Assembly (NCBI RefSeq): GCF_006345805.1
Contig: NW_021833260.1
Location: forward strand, 1 to 64,000
Length of the DNA stretch: 64,000 nt
Reading direction: 5' to 3'
Source of the DNA: Octopus sinensis
Taxonomy: Eukaryota
The position numbers and the translations under genes were made by a program. Within the stretch, counting starts at the first letter, position 1, and every line of letters begins with the position of its first letter. The notes below the pieces were generated by a model. That model searched no databases. It was not told the origin of the DNA and saw only the letters and a program-made list of their open reading frames with translations. Shown in pieces: positions 53,465-64,000 of this stretch.

Positions 53465-53745
53465 AACTAATATAGGGCACTCCGTCGGTTGCGACGACGA
53501 GTGTTTCAGTTGATGCGACCAATAGTAGTGCTAGCTCGTGAAATTATCGTGCAAGCGGCTGAGAACTCCACAGATACGCGTATACTTAACGTAGTTCTCA
53601 TAGAATGCGACAAGGCTGACCTTTTCAAATACAGGTAGAATTCAGTTTTGCCAGATCGGTGGAGTGAGGTGAAATAAATTGCAATGCTCAAGAACACAAC
53701 GTGCCGCCGTGTGTCGAACTCACGAATAAGCTAACCACTACTCCA
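53465..53745 (-). mobile_element. Degenerate family-C SINE
   Basis: gcactccgtcggttgcgacgacga is the reverse of the 40960 tail. Confidence 0.65.
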
Positions 53746-53782
53746 CACACCGTTAAATACTACATATATATACTATATATAT

Positions 53783-53816
<34 letters not shown>

Positions 53817-53966
53817 ATATATATATATATATTATAGATATGCAACTACATAATGAAAAGAACTGCATAATACATTGCAATACTGGAATAAGGAGATGTG
53901 CTTCGACAAGACATGGCTCGGACTTTTTTCCTGCCTGGGTAAAAACAGATTGAGAGATAAGTATTT

Positions 53967-54001
<35 letters not shown>

Positions 54002-54009
54002 TTGATTTT

Positions 54010-54665
54010 GATTTTGATTTTTCCAGTTTCACCTAATGAGCTGTGGACATGCTGGGGCACCGCCATTTGGTTTGCTACACGGTTTTACCTCACGGATGCT
54101 TTTTAGCAAACGCCATCTGATGCATGAGAGAGTTCGATGCAGCTGCCCTCATCTGCACCTCCTGCCGTGAAGTTGGTTCATCCGGGACACCTGACAGGAA
54201 GAGATCCAGTCCTACTTTAAAGACATCCGCATCTACACCATGCAGGTCCCTCAGGTTCTTCGGGAGGATATTGAAGAGCCGTGGGCCTCTGAAGCCCAGG
54301 CTATCACAATATCTTGTCCTACATCTTGATGGCAAATTTGGAGTCCTTGGTACTACGCAGTGGCGTCCGGTTCTGGCATTTGTGTGACTCTCGATGCCAA
54401 AGTCTGGGACAAGACCTTCCAGGATCTTCCAGATATATATTATGGCATATCTTTCTCGTCTACGCTCCAGGGAATAGAGCTTTAATCTCTTGAGTCTCTC
54501 CCAGTAGCTCATATGCTGCACAGAGGCTATCTTCTTCGTGTAGCTTCGTTGGATCGCCTCAAGTTCTGTGATCAACTTGACACTGGATGGTGACCATAGC
54601 TGAGAGCAATAGTCAAAGTGGCTTAGGACAAGTGTCTTCCAGAGGACCATCATGGTTTCTTGTTC
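54010..54665 (-). mobile_element. CR1-group LINE 3' fragment (RT C-terminus + 3' UTR)
   Basis: LVLSHFDYCSQLWSP, LEAIQRSYTK, YWERLKRLKLYSLERRRERY, RLFNILP; 3' UTR ggcggtgccccagcatg and a (AAATC)n tail. Confidence 0.85.
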
Positions 54666-54670
54666 TCTTG

Positions 54671-54739
<69 letters not shown>

Positions 54740-55027
54740 GACAGACAGACAGACAGACAGAGACAGACAGACAGAAATTCAGATAGATAGGTTGTTAGAT
54801 AGGTAGGTAGATAGGTAGGTAAATAGATAGATAGATAGAGAGAGAGAGAGGGTCAGACAGATAGACAGACACTCGGGCGGATAGACAGACAGACAAGTAG
54901 ACAGACAGACAGACAGACATGTAGGTAGGTAGGTAGATAGGTAGGTAGGTAGGTAGATAGATAGAGAGTGAGTGAGTGAGACAGACAGATAAGCACTTAG
55001 ATAAATAGATAGATAGATAGATAGATG

Positions 55028-55064
<37 letters not shown>

Positions 55065-55101
55065 CGAGAGATAAACAGACAAGTACATACACACATAGAG
55101 C

Positions 55102-55169
<68 letters not shown>

Positions 55170-55299
55170 CATACATTATATAAAAGTACGCAGATAAGAG
55201 TATACGAGCTATATATATAGTGAGGTATTCTATTATGTAGATACACAGTTTTCATAAATATTGACACTGATACATATCTGCAAGCATTTACCAACTCAC

Positions 55300-55399
55300 G
55301 TGGATAGTTTTACTCATCAAACAGCCTTTGTTGAGAATCAAATACCATAGATGTCTTGCTGTGATATCCTCTTCCGACCCCTTTAAAAATTCTGGCACC
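55300..55399 (-). CDS. Candidate 100-bp internal exon (VPEFLKGSEEDITARHLWYLILNKGCLMSKTIH), product unknown
   Basis: Acceptor cactctgtag|G, donor CAC|gtgagt, open frame, complex sequence. Confidence 0.3.
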
Positions 55400-55830
55400 C
55401 TACAGAGTGTCCATTAAGAAGGATAATAGTGACAATGACTAGTCTTGCACTCCGGGGTAGCTGCAGCAATGTATGTATAATATATGGCGTACCCAGATCT
55501 TGTATATGAAAAATTGAATACCCATGATTTGAGGAGATAGCAAATTGGACTGTTTTTGATTGACTGCATTCTTGATACTCGCTTCCGCAAGCACACAGAT
55601 ATACGTAACACAAATAACATTAACTTTTGCAATCTATACTTCAAGTTTTATTGCTTAACGTTCGTGTCCTCGGCTCTTAATAATCTCCAGCACTCACTAA
55701 TCTTTCAGGGTGAACAAATTCATAGCAGTTCTCTTTCACTCTCGTAAAATTCCTCCCTTTCTCTCTCTTACTCACTCCCGTCCATACATAAACGTGTGCT
55801 TGTGTATGTATATATATGTATATATATATA

Positions 55831-56247
55831 TATTTCTTTACTACCCACAAGGGGCTAAACACAGAGGTTACGAACAAGGTCAGAAAAATGGATTAAGTCG
55901 ATTATATCGACCCCATTGTGTAACTGCTACTTAATTTATCGACCCCGAAAGGATGAAAGGCAAAGTCGACCTCGGCGGAATTTGAACACAGAACGTAACG
56001 GCAGACGAAATACCTATTTCTTTACTACCCACAAGGGGCTAAACACAGAGGTTACGAACAAGGACAGACAAACGGATTAAGTCGATTACATCGACCCCAG
56101 TGCGTTATTGGTACTTAATTTATCGACCCCGAGAGGATGAAAGGCAAAGTCGACCTCGGCGGAATTTGAACTCAGAACGTAACGCCAGACGAAATACCGC
56201 TAGGCATTTCGCTCGGCGTGCTAACTTTTCTGCCAGCTCACCGCCTT
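55831..56247 (-). mobile_element. Family-A SINE dimer in a (TA)n tract
   Basis: Two bodies joined at gaaatacctatttc; head ends gccagctcaccgcc. Confidence 0.85.
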
Positions 56248-56261
56248 ATGTATATATGCAG

Positions 56262-56309
<48 letters not shown>

Positions 56310-56654
56310 GTGTGTTTCTGTCTGTGTGTGTCGGGGTAGGTGTGGTTCCGAATTCAGTCCCACTGCGTTGCACCTTTGGGCTTGTGTCTTCTGCTATAAC
56401 ACTCAGAGCGAGCTCACATCGGTCGGTAAAGGGGCGATAGAATATGTACCAGAGTTACGAAGGCAAATTTATAAAAGATGGAGGCCGATTTTGCTCCTCT
56501 GCACTCTTCAAGGCGGTGCTCCAGCATGGGCGCACTCACACCACTGAAATAAGAAAAAGAAAGATTAAAAGAATCACAGTATAGCAATATATGTTTCAGC
56601 AGAAACTCACATCATTTACATAAACAGATATATACATATGTATACATATATAAA

Positions 56655-56952
56655 TATATATCACGTGATCACGTGACCGACCGACCATCAGATGTTGCTA
56701 CACTCGCTGTCACAATGCGTTCGCATGTTTAGCCTTCGAACGACGCCACCCCGCTGGCTAAGCGAGCAGGCCAACAGAAGAAAGTGGGATAAGAGTGGTG
56801 AAAGAGTACAGCAGGGATCACCACCCACTACCGGGCATCTTGGAGCTTTTAGGTGTTTTCGCTCAATAAACACACATAACGCCCGGTCTGGGAATCGAAC
56901 CGCGATCCTCCGACCGCGAGTCCGCTGCCCTAACACTGGGCCATTGCGCCTC

Positions 56953-56956
<4 letters not shown>
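56655..56956 (-). mobile_element. Family-C SINE with an alternative tail
   Basis: Reverse head ggaggcgcaatggcccagtgttagggcagcggactcgc; tail ...gatggtcggtcggtcacgtgatcacgtga. Confidence 0.75.
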
Positions 56957-57003
<47 letters not shown>

Positions 57004-58476
57004 TAAATAAAATAAAACATATGCATATATATAAACATATATGTACTACCTACCTCTACATGTACATATACACGCATATATATATAATATATACATGCAT
57101 ATATATATATATTATATATATTATATATATTTACATATACATATATATATACATATTATATATGTATATATATATATACATATATACATATGCATGTATA
57201 TATATATATGTGTGAATGTGTGTGTTGTGTGTGTGTGTGGTGTGTGTGTGTGTGTGTGTGTGGTTTGCGTGTGTTTCTGTCTGTGTGTGTCGGGTAGGTG
57301 TGGTTCCGAATTCAGTCCCACTGCGTTGCACCTTTGGGCTTGTGTCTTCTTGCTATAACACCAGAGCGAGCTCACATCGGTCGGTAAAGGGGCGATTAGA
57401 ATATGTACCAGAGTTACGAAGCCAAATTCTAAAAGATGGAGGCCGATTTTGCTCCATCTTGGAGCATCTTGAGAGCTTTTAGGTATGTTTTCGCCTCATA
57501 AACACAGAAATAACGCCCGGTCTGGGAATCGAAAACCGCAATTCTTCCGACCGCGAGGTCCGATGCCCTAACACTGGGCCATTGCGCATCCAACATTTAT
57601 TATAATAATATATAGATATATATATATAATATATTAATAAATAAAATAAAAAGCATATGCATATATATAAAACATTATTATGTATATACCTACCTCTACA
57701 TGTAAATATACACGCATATATATATAATATATACATGCAGATATATATATATATATATATATATTACATATACATATATATATACATATATATATATGTT
57801 ATATATATATACATATATACATATGCATTGTATATATATAGTGTGACATGAATGTGATTTATTGGTGTGTGTGTGTGTGTGTTGTGTGTGTGTATGTACT
57901 TACTCGTGCACCTACATACGCACAGATATATAAATGCGTATATAGCGGATATGTATGATTGCCAGAAGCGACGACAACGAGAGCTGTAGAGCTTATTGTG
58001 GTATAATATAATACAAAATCCAAGATGCATTATACATTATTTTGAGATTTTACCCTATACTTTTCTTAATTCAATCTTTAAGTTTGAACTCATCCTAAAG
58101 TCAAATTGTGAGGAACCCAATTCGCTCCTCCCGAAGGCCCCGAAGTTCTGAGTGTTGTGACAAACCGGTTGCCGGATTAAGGTAACAATGAGAGGACAGG
58201 AGGAATTCCTCCTCCATTTCGCTCAGCTTCCTCTCTTGCAAAAACACTGCACCGTGTAAATGGATTAAATTATAATGAAAATAGTTACCGACAGCACTAC
58301 TTGTCCACATAGATGTACAAGTGCTCATCTAGTAACTTTTCATTCTAGTGGACGATATCTCCATTTATTAAACACGCATTGTCTATTTCCATAATGAAAC
58401 ACCATTTTCTTGAACTATCAACCTCTTACATCAGAATTTTAAACAATATTTCCATCTAATTCAATATATCAGCAAA

Positions 58477-58872
58477 TCTCTCTATATATAAAGCTGAAGT
58501 TGTCTGTGTATGCCAGGTTTGGTAGCCTTCAACTAACACTATCTCCTCCGAGACCCTGCGGCACAAGTTGACCGAAATTGAGTGTATGATAGAAGAAAGC
58601 TTGCTTTTCATTCCGTAGAAGAAAAAATTCAAATTTGACCATGTTAAGACCAAAAATTATTTACATAAAAAAGATGGGGTTTTTTTTTCTATGAAAATCC
58701 CTATTTTTTACGATTTTTTTACTGCTGTGTCGCCATGTTTCGGTGTATTTCAATCAGAAAAATGTTCACTTAAAGAGCATAACAAGCTACATAATGCAAA
58801 ATTTTTACTTTTCAAAAATTCCAAATCTAAAGGGTCGAAACAAACCCGAGCAACACCGGGCGATACTGCTAG
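58477..58872 (+). mobile_element. Non-autonomous Helitron
   Basis: A|TCTCTCTATATATAAA ... aaacccgagcaacaccgggcgatactgCTAG|T; 3' end nearly identical to that of 17381-17766. Confidence 0.85.
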
Positions 58873-60349
58873 TTATATCCATTTTCCCCTGATTAAAATT
58901 TTGCTACACAGGCGCCATTTTCATTTCACATTGCATCTTATATTTCCTGTTTCCAGTGTATCCTTATATTTGGATCCCTGTATATATGGTTATGTTATAG
59001 CTTTTTATGTGTGTATGTGTGCATCGCTGAATTAATGTGCATGCGTTTGTAGAGTATTGTTGTTACCATCCTCGTGCATGCTCGCATTTGCCTGTATTTA
59101 AGCCAATACGCGTCCGTGTAATATTTTGCATTTTTCAATTTGCTATTTGTTCATTTAACGAATCTTAAATGCAACTACGTGCATACATTCATTAATTATA
59201 TTTACAGATTTTAAAATGGCGGATTTAAAATTAACCAAGCTATCTCAGCTTTCTCTTTTACAAGTCCTCCTCTCTTTCTCTCTTGATATATATACATATA
59301 TATACATTATACGTATGCACACACTGCACACGCGCACCAGTACACATAGAACACATACACACGCACAAACGCATACACGACTACCCCCGCCACACACAGA
59401 GAGATTAATTTAGATTTTCGACCGGTGTTAACACAGGCTATGTCTAACCTGATAAAATTCTTTGAGCTTTGATTACGTCATCTTCTGTGTCACTATAATT
59501 TACTGAAGTAAAGAACTATTTCGCCGTAAGGAATCCAGGAGGATTTTATCCGTGTACTATTTTTTTTTCGCCTTGAATTATGTTGGGATAATGTTAAATA
59601 TGGCCGGGTCAGTTGAAGCAAAATAGTAGTATCACAACTTTCTTATTTGATGTGCCTGATTAATATAAAAGGAACATGGCAGACTTTCCAACGGTGAGTG
59701 ATTTTTACACTTGTCTAATGATCATTTGCGTAATGCTTTTGGTATATTTTTTTCACATTGATGTAGCTCTCACAGACTGAGTATTATGATTTGGTCCTTT
59801 TTTTCTTTACTTTGCCCTTTTCCTTTCTTTTATTCTTTTAGTTCTTGTAAATGCCTTCAACAGAGACTCAAACTCTATGTTGACTGATGATGGAGTATGG
59901 AGGGATTTTTAAAGTCCAATGATACCCTACATACCTATTTGATTATGAAGGTTAGATTTACAAACATACTTTCTCAGTGAAACTCAATATACCCACCATT
60001 ATAGATAATACCAAATGTACATTTTCGGATTTTTCATAATGTGATGGAGGTCTTTGGTATGGCAATTGCATGCGGCTGAAGAGAGCTTTAAACCATCTGT
60101 TATGTCGATTATACATTGATGTAAGAATAGGTTGTTGTATAAAGCTTGAAACACGTGTACCGCGACATCCTTTCGTGTTCTGTTTTTTATATCATTTGAT
60201 GCATATACCCTCTCACCTCTGCTACTAGCTGGCATATACAGGTGCTTACACTTATCAAGTATTCACCCTGAATTTATTGTACCTACCATGTATATATATA
60301 TATATATATACGAAAGAAGGTTTGAAAATGCAATTTTAAAAGATGTTTA

Positions 60350-60396
60350 TTTACTTTACCGGTTTCACTCTTTAGAAAAAGATTGTCAAAAGTAAC
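60350..60396 (-). ncRNA. Hammerhead-like motif (left arm), U3-A8 variant
   Basis: Reverse complement of the right-arm motif. Confidence 0.5.
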
Positions 60397-60551
60397 ATGC
60401 ATTTGTTTGGTTGAGTTAATTATTGGTTGTTACAAATTTCTACAATACATATATACAGTCTTTGGTAACATGTTCTTGTTACCAAAGACTGTATATATGT
60501 AATGTAGCATTTTGTAAAAAAACCAAAATTAACTCAACCAAACTTTTACAT

Positions 60552-60598
60552 GTTACTTTTGACAATCTTTTTCTAAAGAGTGAAACCGGTAAAGTAAC
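60552..60598 (+). ncRNA. Hammerhead-like motif (right arm), U3-A8 variant
   Basis: GTTACTT-TTGACAA-TCTTT-ttct-AAAGA-GT-GAAAC-CG-GT-A-AAGTAAC. Perfect 7-bp stem I, palindromic ACCGGT loop III; the base of stem II is imperfect. Confidence 0.55.
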
Positions 60599-60677
60599 AA
60601 ACATCTTTTAAAATTGCAATTTTCAACCTTCTTTCGTATATAATTCCACTCGTGCGGTACCTTACAACTCCACTTTG

Positions 60678-60720
<43 letters not shown>

Positions 60721-60814
60721 TATATATTATATGTGTATGTGTGTGTGTGTGTTCGTGCATGTGTATATAGAGTGACAGCAAAGAGACTGGATGAAGGGAT
60801 TAGTGTATGGTGAT

Positions 60815-60975
<161 letters not shown>

Positions 60976-61539
60976 AGATACAGGGGTAGAAAATCAGTGG
61001 GTGAGTGGATTAGTGCATAAATTCATGAATGCCTGAATGCATGAGTGATTGAGTGAGTGAAATTGATTGATTGAGTGAGTAAAAGAGTAAAGGAAAAAGC
61101 AAGAGAGAGAGTATAGGAGCCAGAAGTGTAACATAACATAACGAAATGAATGAAGGCGCGAGGCAAAAACGAGAGCGATCCCGTGCCAAACCGCAGAACA
61201 CTTGGCGTGCATACTAAAAGCCATAAGGCAATATTTGTACAACCAATCATCAAACATGTTTTGAAGTGTTTCAGCCAATGAAACGGCACTTGACTGATTG
61301 ACAAGGCTAATAAGGGACTGTAAGCGAGGCCAGCAGTGACAATAGCTGCGAGGTAAATATATTTAGAAACCAAACAAAATGGCAGCTGGCTTTCGTTAAG
61401 TCGCGTCTTTTAGTGATTCATTCGTACGCCGGACAATATTACAATGCAGCGCTTGTTACGGCGTTTGAGTTTGATGACGATATAGCTGTGGTTGGTGGCG
61501 GTGTCATTGTATATGAGGATGACGATGGTGACGACGGCG

Positions 61540-61609
61540 GCGATGAGGATGATGATGATGATGATGATGATGGCGGTAGTGATGGCGGTGGTGGTGGGGT
61601 GACTTTGAC

Positions 61610-61643
<34 letters not shown>

Positions 61644-61798
61644 TTGATGGTGGTAGTGATGTTGCTGAAGATGGTGGTGGTGGTGGTGGTGGTGGAGGTG
61701 AGGATGTCGATAGTGATGATGATGATGGTGGTGGTGGTCGTCGTCGTGGTCATGGTGGTGGTGACCATGACGACGACGATGATGATGATGATGATGAT

Positions 61799-61830
<32 letters not shown>

Positions 61831-61989
61831 TGATAATGATGACGATCATGATGATGATGATGACAACGCCGACAACGACGACGAGACGATGATGATGATG
61901 AAGATGATGATAATGTTGATGATGATGATGATGACGACGATGATGATGAGGATGATGATGACGATGACGACGATGACGACGACTACGGC

Positions 61990-62026
<37 letters not shown>

Positions 62027-62035
62027 TTGATGATA
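61540..62035. repeat. (GAT)/(GGT)/(GAC) trinucleotide region
   Basis: Direct reading. Confidence 0.9.
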
Positions 62036-62064
62036 ATATTAAGGGACGTTATTATTTAACCCCA

Positions 62065-62500
62065 GTAAGGCGACAAGCTGCAAGAAACGTTAGCATGCCG
62101 GAGAAAATTCTTAACGGTATATTTTTTTCCGGGTCTTTACGATCTGAGTTCAAATTCCGCCTAGCTCCATTTTGAAATTTCCTTCTTTCAGACCGGATAA
62201 AATGATTACCAATTGAACACTGGGAGTCGATATTATGTAGTAGCACCCTCTCCCAAAATTTCACGCCTTGTGCCTGTTCTAGAAAAAAAGGTCATTGAGC
62301 CCCCACAATGTGGTAAACTTGCAGAACCATAAAGCGCGTCGGACAAAATGTTTAGCGGCACTTTTCAGGTTCAGTGTTATCTGTGTTCATATTCTGCCGA
62401 ATCTAACTCGCTATTCATCATTTCGGGGCCGATAAAATAAGTACCAGTAATATATTAAAGTGGAGCTAATTGACCTCTCCTTCTCTTCAAAATTACTAGC
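62065..62500 (+). mobile_element. Two degenerate family-A2 SINEs
   Basis: aggcgacaagctgcaagaaacgttagc...gagttcaaattccgcc...; cattcatcatttcggggccgataaaataagtaccag. Confidence 0.6.
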
Positions 62501-62724
62501 CTTGTGGCAAAATCGGAATCATTTAGCCCCAGTCGAATGACCAAAGACATAAGAGCCGTGACCATTCCGTATTTCTAATAGTATGCCAGACTAAATTATC
62601 TGCCTGTTCTTTGAAGAATTTAAGACAGCACGCAGTGATATGAGGGAGATATGACTACCATTTCTAGCCATATAGAATCCCCACTCCTTGTTGATTTGAA
62701 TATTGGATGCTTTGTCATAAGGCG

Positions 62725-63060
62725 CATGGGAAGGCGCATGGTTTAGTCGTTAGGGTTTTTGGCTCACGATGGCAAGTTTATTAATTAGTTCGACAACCAG
62801 CGGCGCTTTGTGTCCTTCATCAAGGCACATTTATTTCACGTTGCTTCAGTCAACTCATTTGGCGAAAATGAGTTGTCCTTGTAATTGAAAGGGCCAACCT
62901 TGTCACATTCTATGACAAGCTAAATCTGCCGGAGAATTTTACTTTGGGAGCACGCTTCTTTGTGGAGGGCTGAACCACTTGCAGGTTAATTTTAGGAGCA
63001 GGCTGCTCCATTGGTCGAATCAACTAAAACCTTCATCGCCGTAACCGACGGAGTACCAGT
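62725..63060 (+). mobile_element. Degenerate family-C-related SINE
   Basis: gaaggcgcatggtttagtcgttaggg...cgtaaccgacggagtac. Confidence 0.65.
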
Positions 63061-63459
63061 GATGAGAGAGTTATGCTGATAGTTTATGTAGTTGATTTTG
63101 AAGTTTAGTCCTAGCTCAGTTTATGGAGTAGAATTATGAGCAAAACTAACAACTTTGACCAATCCGCGTCATTTTTTTTTGTTTATTTGTTTATTTGCGG
63201 GAGGAGATTTATTTATTTATTTATTTAGTTGTGTATTTTAAAGATACTGCCAGCAAGTGACAATGCCTCTACATTGCAATTATCCCTATTTACTTCCCAA
63301 CCACATGGTTCCGGGTTCAGTCTCACTGCGTGGCACCTGGTGCAAGTGTCTTCTACTATAGCTTAGGGCGGACCAAAACCAGAATATAAGGAACCGGAAT
63401 AAATAAAATAATTTCACTAAAACTTTAATGACATTGTCAATTCGGCCAGTCGAATAAAT

Positions 63460-63892
63460 TCTTTTCTACTCTAGGCACAATTCCCGAAATTTTGAGGGAG
63501 GGATGGTGCAGTCTATCAGATCGACTCCAGTACGCAACTGGTACTTAAGTTATCGACCCCGAAAGGATGAAAGGCAAAGTCGACTTTAGTAGAATTTGAA
63601 CTCATAACATAAAGACAGACGAAATACCGCTAAGCATTTCGCCCGGCGTGCTAACGTTTCTTATTTCTTTATTGCCCACAAGGGGCTAAACATAGAGGGG
63701 ACAAACAAGGACAGACAAACGGATTAAGTCGATTATATTCACTCCAGTGCGTAACTGGTACTTATTTAATCGACCCCTAAAGGATGAAAGGCAAAGTTGA
63801 CCTCGGCGGAATTTGAACTCAGAACGTAACGGCAGACGAAATACGGCTACGCATTTCGCCCGACGTGCTAACGTTTCTTCCAGCTCACCGCT
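63460..63892 (-). mobile_element. Nested family-A SINEs (A1 copy inserted into the head of an A2 copy)
   Basis: The A2 head stops at gctaacgtttc (63660), followed by a complete A1 tail-to-head copy. Confidence 0.8.
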
Positions 63893-64000
63893 TTCCCAGT
63901 CTCACAAATTGCGAGTATCATACGTATAGACGTGAAATTTATGAGAGGAGTTGGTAGATCAAATTTCATCTAATAGTCGGTCAGTATTTTATTTCATCGA

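Larger units (their letters stand above)
60307..60640. repeat. About 330-bp palindrome with a hammerhead-like motif in each arm
   Basis: Perfect 25-bp central stem 60446-60470/60477-60501 with a 6-nt loop; arms remain complementary out to tatacgaaagaagg/ccttctttcgtata. Confidence 0.9.

Noticed and set aside
56250-57800. About 0.8-1 kb tandem duplication as a biological event
   Set aside because: The second copy differs by scattered single-base indels and an abrupt jump, a pattern typical of an unpolished long-read or assembly duplication. It needs read support.

Overview
AT-rich, microsatellite-saturated eukaryotic DNA. The SINE, Helitron and LINE families look cephalopod (Octopus-like); this is inferred from recognition and has not been database-checked. 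I see no intact protein-coding gene. Almost every long ORF in the track is a translation of a simple repeat, and only a few weak candidate exons are visible. The window contains: three tRNA-headed SINE families (one forming nested and tandem multimers); Penelope-like retroelement (PLE) remnants; a cluster of R4/Dong-type RLE LINE fragments in (TAA)n; Tx1-clade and CR1-group LINE fragments; a decayed Tc1 transposase; non-autonomous Helitrons; piggyBac and mariner MITEs; and a 4.3-kb fold-back satellite that splits a SINE. The most notable signals are as follows. (1) Five minimal hammerhead-ribozyme-like motifs at four loci, all with a compensatory non-canonical 3-8 core pair (U3-A8 or A3-U8); two of them form the arms of a 330-bp palindrome. 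(2) A four-fold fixed-spacing CRE+CCAAT array with TATA box, Kozak ATG and splice donor, upstream of one of these ribozyme motifs. (3) A SINE whose tail matches the Tx1 LINE 3' end, which has 14-16 bp TSDs usually starting GGTA and inserts into its own head to build multimers.
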